Shown one piece after another: positions 22,435 to 33,400 of a stretch of DNA of 64,000 nt (position 1 is the first letter of the stretch; each line of letters starts with the position of its first letter). The notes beneath the pieces were generated by a model. That model was not told where the DNA came from. It searched no databases and saw nothing but the letters and a program-made list of their open reading frames with translations. The position numbers and the translations under genes were made by a program. Source of the stretch: Asterias rubens (Eukaryota). The DNA lies in contig NC_047069.1 of assembly GCF_902459465.1 (NCBI RefSeq), positions 8,928,001-8,992,000 on the forward strand. The letters run 5' to 3'.

Positions 22435-24993
22435 ATCAAAATAAAAACATATATGGATAGGAAACTAGGTGCCAAGACCTGTTCATAATTCAGGCAAACT
22501 TTACAAGGAAACTTTGCAAGCAAAGCAATTTTCCTTGCGTCACATTAAATAACAAGTGCGTATGTGACCGTTTCCATCACATAGTTTGCTTTAAAGTATG
22601 AATGAAGCTAAAGCCAGGATTAAGAAAAAGGGAGTCCACATTAACTATGTATTAAAAAACAAAAATGGGGCGTCCAATCTTTTTTGTTTGGATACTATCG
22701 TTGTATATATTCAGCGCCTTGAGTACCTTGTTGGTAGATACGTGCGCTATATAAGACTTTGATATTAGTTGGAAGAAATAGAGAAGTTGACATAATATAG
22801 CTGTATGTAGACCTTATCCAGCCACAATCTTAGAGGTAAACCATTGATGAAACGATGAAAAGGCAAAGATTTGTATGCACTGCGCATAGGGTTGCACTGA
22901 TACTTTGCCTGTCAGAGGGAATCCCTCCTAATGTTCCCGTGTTCCTACTATAAACAATAATTTTTGAGATGATAGAAGGTTAAATTACACACAAAGAGAT
23001 GCTAGCTTTGGAGCGGGAACTAGCATAAATCCAGAGTGTGCAACAAGTATAATGTATTGCACCAAATGTTGTTATAAGGGCATGGTTCATACTTCTACTT
23101 ATTGCAAGAAACTTTAGTTTTGGACTTGCCTTTCACCATGTTTGGCTCCAGGGTTCATGACACTGTAACTATCCGTCTTCATTCCTGAACAGTAAAACAA
23201 TAGGTTAAATTACACAAAAACATGCCAGCCTTTGGAGCTGAAAGTAGCAAAAAGCTATAAGGGACCAACCAAAGTTTTCAAAAAATTTCAGGTCATATAG
23301 AGAGAATTACTTTTGAGGACCCCCCCCCCAAAAAAAAAAAAGTACTGGTAGTCCTTATCAAAAACATTCTTTCAAAACTGAGGCACATTATTTAAATATC
23401 AACATTTTACACACCTGTTAAAGTCATACATGGTCTCCAATACATGCTTACCAAAAAGATTTGCAAATTGGTTGAAGCAGTGTTCAGCCACTATTAACGA
23501 AACAAGTCATAGCAATACAAATATATTCCTTGTGTCTTGTAACTTTAACTCTGGAATGAATAAAGTCAATATATAAAGAAAACTACTCTTTGTATTTCAA
23601 ATCATTGTATTAATATTTATTGACATTCATCATGAATCTCAAAAATCAATCAATGCACAAACAAGCTTGTTTATAATTTATTGTTAAATTAATGTGTTCA
23701 CTGTCAATGAAAGACCACACACATGGCATCCCTTAACTCTCATATTTACAGTGCAACAAAAATACAGTTCTTTAAAAGATATAGTTATATAATATATATT
23801 CTCAAAATTCTTAATGGACGATTGACATACATACAAATGTTTCTGTACATACTTTTTTCCTGCCGTTAAAAGGAAAATCAAAGTTAAAAACATTTTCACA
23901 CCATGATGGTTTTTTAAGAATCTATTATTACGACTACTAAATAATAGGTGTTATAAGCTAGGGCCAAGCTTAAATGTGGGGTTCAAAGATTGTTTTTTGT
24001 CAACATAATGCTTAACCGATGTTTAGCGCGGCGACAGCGGGTTACCAAGGCATCTCTTAGACACCGACCCTCGGAAATCTAAGAAAAGATTCAAGCATGA
24101 ATCGTTTCTGATACTCAAATGTTTTTTTTTGTGAAAAATAATCCACACCAAATAACTTCACATGGAATCCTTTCTCAAAATAGTTAATAGTTTCAAGAGC
24201 TGCTGTGCTTCTCAGCAAGTAAGTTGTCATGATCATTAATTTTTTTACCAATACACGAGTACTTACCAATGTATGACCCTAGTTTAATGATGCTGTTAAA
24301 GCGGCACCATGTAATAAGACTTGACCAATGTCACATAAAAAAAAGTGGTTGAATAAAAGCAGCCACCTTTATGCTATATTAGTGCACATCTTATTGCAAA
24401 ACAACGATTCTTACAAAAGGATTGCGAAGCTTTAAAAGAACGATTTAACTCAGAACTGTGCTCTATCAAAAATACTTTGTGAGTATTAACTTCATACTAA
24501 AAAAAGTCAATATTGTCTGGTAAAAATAGTACCATAATCTCCTGATCAGTGTGTAACAGAGACTAAATAAGGCTAACTTAGTACAGACATGGTACCTAAA
24601 CTCGGTAGGAAAACGAGAAGTGTTTTTAAGAGCCAACCAACATATTATGACCCCTTGCACCAACATCACAATTGGATAGTCTGCCACACTTCAAATTTAG
24701 CGTAAACATTTGTTTAGCTCAGCTGAAAATCAGAGAGAAATTCCTTAAGGGAAGACCAAGAGTTGCCGTCTGGCCAACCTTTATGTCAAATGACCATTGT
24801 CAGGTACAGTTTTGTTGTTGTGGACAAACAAACTGAACCAAATGAAATGGCACTGCTAACTGTGCTACTAACATTCAAATTAAAAAATCAATGTCAATAC
24901 CAGAAAACTTAGCAAAGGAGGTTTGCTTGTACACTTGTACAAACTTCTTCGCGTACACAGCTAGCGCAGAAATTGTCTTAGTTTAATTTGTTT

Positions 24994-25377
24994 TAAAGGC
25001 AGAGGACACTATTGGTAATTACTCAAAATAATTATTGGCATAACACCTTTCTTGGTGACGAGTAATGGGGAGAGGTTGATAGTATAAAACATTGTAAAGA
25101 AACAGCTCCCTCTGAAGTGCCATAGTTTTTGAGAAAGAAGTAATTTTCCACAAATTTGATTTCGAGACCTCAGATTTAGAACTTGAGGTCTCGAAATCAA
25201 CCCTCTAAACGCACACAACTTCGTGTGACAAGGGTTATTTTTCTTTCATTATTATCTCGCAACTTTGATGACCGATTGAGCTCAAATTTTCACAGGTTTG
25301 TTATTTTATGCATATGTTGAGATACACCAAGTGTGAAGGCTAGTCTTTGACAATTACCAATTGTGCCCACTGCCTTA
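24994..25377. mobile_element. MITE family TAAAGGCAGTGGACACTATTGG (TA-flanked)
   Basis: Long TIRs; other copies at 50852-51232, ends at 1-78 and about 4460-4509, variant at 4957-5319. Confidence 0.85.
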
Positions 25378-26185
25378 AACACAGGTTGCTTGTTAGAAAG
25401 GGACTTTTGCTTGTACACGTGAATACTTCTTCACTGAACAAAGCTAGCACAGAAAGTTGGCACTAACACTGTACATATGTGGAATAAAACAAAATCTGGA
25501 AGTAGAAAGGTTTATCAACAAGCACCTTGACAGATGTTTGTACAGCAATTTTGCTGCCATGCTATCATTTACCCATTTTATTAAAAAAGACTTTCTTTTT
25601 CTTTTCTCTCCACTTTGTTTTTATAAATGGTTCAGAATATTTCCCATTTCCTAAAATATCACCAGCATCTCATCATGAGGCTGGTACGCTTAGTTGGAGA
25701 AAGGCAAATCAACAAAGAAAATCTAAGAAAAATGTAAAAGGCAGATTTGATTTTGTAGAAGGAAAAAAGTATATGTTTCAGTTGTTTTCTCATATTCAAT
25801 ACATGCAAGACTTGCACAATCTATAATAATAGTAGCTAGCACATAAACATTATGAAATTTTGCATTCACTTTTAAATTTACTTAGTATTTAAAGAAACAA
25901 AAACTACAGTGTGCATAACATACATGGCATTGTTACATAACAAAACACACAATCCAAAAAGTCTTCTCAACATAAGGTAACTTGGAGGCAAACAACTGCG
26001 CTGCATGAAAAAGGACAAAGAAACATTCTTCCTAACAATGTCTCATTAGCTCAAAGAAATATTATGTGAATTTAGAAATTGTTGATATTACTGGGAACTG
26101 CAGCTGATTTCATGAAATGCTAGGATTAATCCTAACTCGAGTTAAGACGAGTAACCCATCCTAACTTAGGATGGGTTCAATGCCG

Positions 26186-26381
26186 TTGGAGAAGGGGTTC
26201 GCCCCGGTGTTCCTGGTTGTGGCTGCTTAATGCGCCGTAGCACCTTGTAAACCCTTATAAGGTGCTAAATAATTGGGTCTCAGAATTCATCACTGCAATA
26301 ACCTATCTTTCTGAAAATTTGTATATACTCAGCGCCTTGAGTACCTTGTTTGGTAGATACGTGCGCTATATAAGACTTCGA

Positions 26382-26410
<29 letters not shown>
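26186..26410 (+). mobile_element. SINE type B 3' half with (TTA)n tail
   Basis: Matches the reverse complement of 52207-52400. Confidence 0.8.
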
Positions 26411-26413
<3 letters not shown>

Positions 26414-27737
26414 CGTGCTACGTATTTGGAAACGGAAATGAACCCATCCTAAATTGATCCTAAGTTAGGAAGAGTTTGGTGAAATCCACGGCTGGTTGCT
26501 TGATAATTGCATTGTGTGACGATGCCGCAATACTATGGTTATACAGCTACTTTAGAAACGATGAACTGCACAAAGTGTGACCTGGGCCAAATTTGATAAA
26601 GCTGAGGGTATAGGGTCTGGACAAGGGTGACTGTGCTGGTATCCTCTCCCTCTTATATCCCATTTGTATCCATTATGCTCTTATTTTCAATGTTTTCTGT
26701 AACTTAACTGAATTAATTACTTATGAATAGTCATGGTATATCAAAGTGTACAACAACATTCGCTTTATGCTGTAAGTTGACCCATTTCATTTTAATTTGA
26801 TATTTCTTTCTTTATAAATGGGCTCATTTTTTTTGGAGTAGGCCATATTTAAGACTACAAAACTATAGACGATATGACCTATGCTTACATTCAAACCGCC
26901 CTCTGTTGACAAAACACTATATACGTCATGTTTCGCCGGGCACTGAGTTGAGTAGTCATAGTAAGATTGCGTACACTTTCTAGCTGGCTGCCAAAACACA
27001 AAGGTTTTGCCCGGCGGTATGCGCGCGAATCATGTTATGGTTTTCGTGTGACGTCAGAGGTCACATCGTCTATTGTTACATCACAAAGTGAATAATTGAG
27101 CACCAGTTTTACCTCTTACCCATTTCTACTTCCCTCTTCTCTCCCATACAAAAATTACCTGTCCATAGGAAGCACACATTGTTTACCACTTTTGCTGTTT
27201 GCTCCAATACAAAAATACATTCATGTAAATTCCCAGAGTAGATCTTGACTGGTGGTGAGCAGACAGAAAAACAAACAGGATGTAAGTGCATGTAGAATCT
27301 TTAGACTCAGTGACAATGAAGAGCGGAACTTCTGATCTATTACGACAAATCAAGAAATAGCCGCATTGGCAAAGGTCAAACAACAGACCATATCGAATAT
27401 GACGTTACCATTAAAATACCTGCCCACAACATGGCTTCTTTGTGTTCATGTATGGTGCATGCTCATCGATGTACGCGTTTAGACTCACATACGGCCTGCC
27501 CTACAATATGTGTGTACATGTAGGTACACAGCACAAAGAACTTTGAATGGTTTAATAATTATTAATTGCACAAATCAATTAATTGTCACTGGCGACCAAA
27601 CTTCTTCAGTCATTGTGAAATCAGTGGTTAGCTTTGCCAGATTTGAACCGAAGTCCTGCAGTCTGTTTAATTGACTGAGGTTTTTTTGTTGGATGTTACA
27701 CCGTATGTATATATGGTGGATTGCATTTGCAAGGCCA

Positions 27738-27994
27738 CCTGGGCCCAATTTCATGGCTGTGCTTACCGCCGAATTCTGCGCTTACGATCACAAATCCCCG
27801 CTTACGTGCAAGCGCCGAATTTCTGCGCTAGCCTTGTAAGCGTAGAATGCCTAGTAACGTGAAGTATGCACGCGCAGAAGCCCAAATTCGCCGCTTACCC
27901 GTGGAAAATACGCTTGCCGTAAGCACAGAATTCCCTGCTTCCGTAAGCGCCGATTCTGTGCTTACGAAAAGCAGAGCCATGAAATTGGGCCCAG
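27738..27994. mobile_element. MITE with TIR CTGGGCCCAATTTCAT; relatives at about 21978-22160, 32085-32377 and 37790-37897
   Basis: cctgggcccaatttcatggct ... agccatgaaattgggcccagg. Confidence 0.8.
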
Positions 27995-28885
27995 GTGCTT
28001 ACCGTAGCAGGGATTTGTACATGAGCACCAGAGAACTGATGCATGTGTTAGTTCAAAACGGATTCATATTGTTGCTAGTCATTCATCTGCATCAGAAAAA
28101 ATACCCCGAGTCAGCTTTAGCTTTGTTAAGCAATGCTCCATAAAAAGTTTTAAAAACATTTGCTTTAAAATTGCAGAAGGGCCAAGGCACACTAAGTACG
28201 CATGCAGTGCTTTGTGGTGAAAGGCAAAGCTACAAATATAACATCAATTAATGGTGCCTGTTTGTTTTGTTTTCATTTCAGGCTGAATTTCAATTCTTCA
28301 CCAGGAGTTGATCTTAATACTGGCCGAACAAGTGGTGCTGATGCGTTCAGACTTGAAAATCTTCTTGTCAGTGGAAAACAAATTTTGAAAAAAACCCTGT
28401 TGTATCTCAAGACATACTTGTTTTGTGTGCATCTGGACTACTGTACACTAGATAACACACTTTTACAATTTAAAACTTGTGCACAACATAAATGCTTTTT
28501 CACAAGACAATAAAATAAACTTTTGGGAATTTTTTTATACAAGACCTTGAAAAAAAAGTTCTCAAGTAATACTTCCTTACAGAAAAAAACTTTCATGGAA
28601 AGGAAAAACTCATTATTAAAAACAACATTTAAAGTTTAAAATACCACCCTCTCATATATCCATATAAATTATACACATGCATGTATGCATGTGCATATAT
28701 CCGAAATCACACACATTGGATCCTTCAGCAGATTGTGTTGGCACCTTTATAACAAGGAAGGCAATGGGGACACAAGAACTCCCATTAACGAATGTTTCAT
28801 AAGAGACTTGGCTTGTAGAAAAACACAAATATGTTTGCAAGTTAACAGCTTTGCATACAGGGTTTTGCTGCATACTCATGCCAGC

Positions 28886-29260
28886 TAAGCTTGGGCGATA
28901 TCACGATATTATCGAATATCGCGATACTAACTTGGAAACAATTTCGATATCGGATCGATTTGGTTTTTACCGAAATATCGATATATCGTGATATATCGCG
29001 ATATCGATTAAATATTGCAATATCGGGATGTATTTTCTAGCCGAGACATCATGCTACCCATAGATTTGGAGTAAAAACAGAAGAATAGGTCATTAGAATA
29101 CCTCTCTTATGCTGTGACTGTCTCTTCTACAACTTTCACTGGGAGTTTGAAGACTGATGATGTCAAATTTAATTAATCGCGATTATATCGAATATCGAAT
29201 ATCGCGATATATTGTCGGCGATATATCGTGAATAAAATAAATCGATATCGCCCAAGCTTA
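28886..29260. mobile_element. hAT-type MITE, 375 bp, downstream of the Clock stop codon
   Basis: TIR TAAGCTTGGGCGATAT; perfect 8-bp TSD ATGCCAGC; ATATCG-rich subterminal repeats. Confidence 0.92.
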
Positions 29261-29820
29261 ATGCCAGCTTTGTACTGCAAAAGTCGCATTTCGTAGCAGA
29301 CTCCTTTAGTTCTGAAAAAAACGCTGCTCTAAAGGAAAAAACAACTTCATGCCCATCCTCTGGCTACTTGAGTTTTTAACCTCTGAAGGCCATTTTCAGT
29401 TCATCTTCAGCACGTCACCTGGCAGAATTCTCTTTATTTCATCTCGTGTAGACGTGTAGGTACTTCATAGCTCTTTCAAAGTGTCTCACGCCTTCATAGG
29501 CACGGCAAAGGCTCGTCAAACCACCTCTATCAAGGCTTTATGGCAGATTGCTGATCAGTAGACATGACAAAAATTGTTTTCATTACAGGGCGTGTTTATC
29601 AAGAAGATGTTTTAAAAGGGTGAATTTTTCTTTTAAGGCAGAGCTTTTTTTCTATGGTGGGTCTTTATTGAGTCACTACTTGCTGTTGAATCACTGCTCG
29701 CAACTGAGTCAATGCTCCAGATGAGTAAAAATGACCAAGTCTCCATATTCGAGAAGAGTGTATCAACTCTTAGATATATTATAGGTCATTTTAAAATATT
29801 GACGAGTCTTGTAAAGGATG

Positions 29821-30405
29821 TCAATGCTCTGTTTGCGTGCTAGGGGGCATCAAAAGTTGCTGCATGAGTTCCATAGAAGATTGGTCCATATCACTTGGCA
29901 TGTTTTGCATCTGATACTGGGAAAGAACCCCAAATGGGGAATGCTGCTGTTCCCTGGGCGAGGTCTGAGCATTAGAGGCACCTTGGAGTTGAGGGTTTGA
30001 GGGAGTTTGGGTGTGAGACAAACGAGACAGCCCGGCACTTGTGGGTAAAGAGAGTCTGGAGGAGTCCAAGCCACCCGGGGCAAGGAACCTTTCGTCGTCC
30101 ATGGTGGTCATTCTGGTGACATTCAAACCAGGCGAGGATAAACTGGTGGTGGTTATACTGGGGGTGGTGAAGCAGGATGCCATGCCTTGATGCATCAAGG
30201 GGTGCATGGCAGGTTGCATGACGGGCAGCGCTTCAGGAGGTTGGAACATGGGAGCTGAGGAAGGCATTGGCACCCTGGATAATGATGGGTCCACTGAGAC
30301 ACCCTGGAACAATGACTGATTCCTTATTGCTACCTGTTGATGGTGTAGCGCTTGCTGTGATTGCCCTTGTTGCTGGTGTCCTTCTGACTGCTGCTGTGGT
30401 GGATC
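29821..30405 (-). CDS. CLOCK: Clock terminal coding exon (Q/P/S-rich, 194 aa + TGA)
   Basis: aatag| acceptor, in frame with ORF 29821..30312. Confidence 0.82.
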   Translation of the reverse strand, partial: DPPQQQSEGHQQQGQSQQALHHQQVAIRNQSLFQGVSVDPSLSRVPMPSSAPMFQPPEALPVMQPAMHPLMHQGMASCFTTPSITTTSLSSPGLNVTRMTTMDDERFLAPGGLDSSRLSLPTSAGLSRLSHTQTPSNPQLQGASNAQTSPREQQHSPFGVLSQYQMQNMPSDMDQSSMELMQQLLMPPSTQTEH

Positions 30406-33400
30406 CTATTAAACGAACATTACAGAATTGGTAAGAAAACAAAATCGTGAAAATCACAGATTTACATCAAACTTACATGTCTAATGATAATGATAGTAGA
30501 AAACATCCCTTGAATTTTTTTTGCCTGAAATGCCATATTTGACGGGAAATAAATAATTTAACTTTGCGTTTGGAGTTTATCGCTCGGTGAGCGTTTTATT
30601 CATTTTTTGATTGCATCAATGTCATGTAAAATGTGTAGTTGTTTTTTTATTATTTTCTTGTGACCCAAATGGCCGATCGATCTCAAACTTCTACGGGTTT
30701 GTCAGTTTATGTATGTGGTGGATTACATAAAGTGCTTACACTGCCAGCAACTGTTTTGTTAGCAAAACCAATTCTGTAATGTTCCTTAAAAAAAGTAATT
30801 TATAAGACATCAGTAGAATCTGCACTAAAAATTAACAACTGCCTTCAATCAGCAGAAACAAATACATGAGACTAAATGCATTTCCACTTACTGAAGCCTG
30901 CAACATGTGTGGGAAGAATGCGGCTGCAGCCATGGCCCCTGTATTTAGCATCTTCAGACGTGATGCAGAGGATGGGTCCGTGACTAGACCAGGTTCCTCA
31001 GTCGTAGTTCGGACAGAACTTGTGCTGGCAATGGCTGGTTGGGAAACAGCCATGGTAGTTTCTGTGAAATTGGGCCAAAGGATTTCAAATATTCTCAAAA
31101 TGAGTCATAGTGTTTCCTTTGTTACAGTTTTGTTACATGACATTAAACTTAGGTAAAACAACAAACAATTTCCTCAGGCGTAATTTTAACCCATGACCTT
31201 CAGATTAAAGTGCCGGCACTCTCCCAACTGAGCCACCTAGCCCTTATGTTGGTGAATGGCGGTCTCCCTTTTTTGTCAATAATATCGTTTTCAGTGGGGT
31301 ATAGGGGTACCAGTAAAATGCCATTCAACCTGTAACTACCGTATAGCCAGGGATCATACCTAAGTTTGCGATACAACCTAGGAAGCAGAAGGACAGATAT
31401 CCCCTTAAGACAAGGCAACTTTTTATTTCAAATATCAAGTAACCTACACCACAAGGGAAACTGATTAGGTAAACTCAAACCTTTTTTTTTATTGAACAAA
31501 GAAATAAATTACTGAAGGAGCTATGAACCGGTGCAAACTCCGGATTAACATATCAGCGCTGTACCCTACTGAGCTGTCAAGGCAGAGGAATCAAATTCTG
31601 CCCGAATAAATTTGTCTTTGTATAAACTTCACCCAGTCATATTATATACTTGATAACACAAGTTAAGACCTGGCAACATTTGCATCTTTTTTTTGCATCT
31701 TGCAATGAGGGTGTTTTTTCACAGCAATCGGAGAGAGATAGTTCGTCGTTCAATCTATTGAGGGAAACGATTTCATAATCAGGGAGATCAGGGATGAATA
31801 CAAAAAATATATAATTATACATGTATACGAACAGCCAACATGGAAAGATTAAAGTAATTTTCAGGGAACTCTCTGCAGAGTCTGTCAGAGTTGGGAGCTC
31901 TGCATCCCAAGACAGATTTTGACAAGAGACACTATTTACTTTTTACCTACATGAAGTAATACTTTATTTTCATGCTACATGTATAGCAAAATAAATCAGG
32001 CTACTACATTTCCCACTCTCTTTGTCTGTTTTTTATTTTTCAGAAATGGAAAAAATTGCAAAACAAATGGGTCCTGCGCCGAAAGCAGAGCCCAATTTCA
32101 TCGCGCTGTTTAGCGGCCAATTTCATGATTACTGCGCGATTTCCATTTCATAGCGCTGCTGACCGTAGGCACACGAAAAGGCATGCTAACCTTCCGGTGC
32201 TTACTGCATGAAAATAAATGATGTCACAATGCAAATCCACGGTGAACGCCCAATATATATGGCTGCCTAATTTTTCTGCTAACTTGTGAAATACGCCTGT
32301 ACCACTGACAACATTTCTGCTACAGTAAGCACGCAAATTTGCTTACTGTTAAGCAGCGCTATGAAATTGGGCCCTGGTTACGGGCCTGGAGGAGAGTAAA
32401 GCAGCCTTATACATGTAGCCTCCTTGGCTACATGGCTTGATATTTTAAAGAAATAATAAAAAGATAGGGTGCCAGTGACGCCTGTTATAAACTTAGCATG
32501 GAGAGCATGTTGGTGTAACAATATAGGAATACACTTTTTAAATGTAGGAATGGCGCTTTCAAACATGGGAATAAAGTTTTGAAACATAGGAGTGGGATCT
32601 TTAAATATAATTAAAAGCAAGTGAATGGCAAGTAATACATGTACAGAAATTCTATAACTATGTTTTGTGTGTGTGTGTGTGTGTGTGCATTGTCGATAGT
32701 ACTGTGCAAGATGAAAGATGCAGCAGGAGACGGCATGCCTACAAACCTGAGTCCATCGACTGAAGATTCAGTATTTGATCTAAGATGTTTTCATCCATCA
32801 GATGATTCACCTCTGCTCACAAAGTTATTTCAAGTAAATTTTGAAATGTACACCATCAGTTATCATTGTTTTTTACATTAATATGCCTCATATGTACTCA
32901 ATGTCATGCAAAATGTGTACATGTAGTTGGTTTTCACTATTTTCTTGTGACCCAAATGGCCGATCGATCTCAAACTTCTACAGGTTTCTCAGTTTATGTA
33001 TATGGTGGATTACATAAAGTGCTTACACTTCCAGCAACTGTTTTGTTAGCAAAACCAATTCTGTAATGTTCCTTAAAGAAAGTAATTAATACCAGAGTAA
33101 CATACCTGTGAAATTTGTTCACAGGACTCGGGAAAGCACTGAGTATACAGTGCTAACACACATCGGTGTATGGGTAAAAACCAAAAATTAATATTCATTT
33201 GTACTCATTTCAAACAAAGCAAGCGGACATATCCTGTTCATAAGTGGTGTTAGTCTAGCGTAAGCCACACCCATTTCACACAAACTGACTCCACTACACA
33301 GCCCAAAAGGAGTTGCATTGGAGTTGGCCGCTCTGTTCTTCGACCAGTCTTTTGACACAATGAGATGTACAGACACAACAATGCAAGTACCCTTTCATTG

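Noticed and set aside
32639-32881. Plus-strand [18 protein letters not shown]...
   Set aside because: It runs through a (GT)n microsatellite and is the antisense shadow of the better-supported minus-strand cassette exon.
33188-33400. Additional Clock exon in the GC-richer patch
   Set aside because: No frame- and phase-compatible AG/GT pair found.
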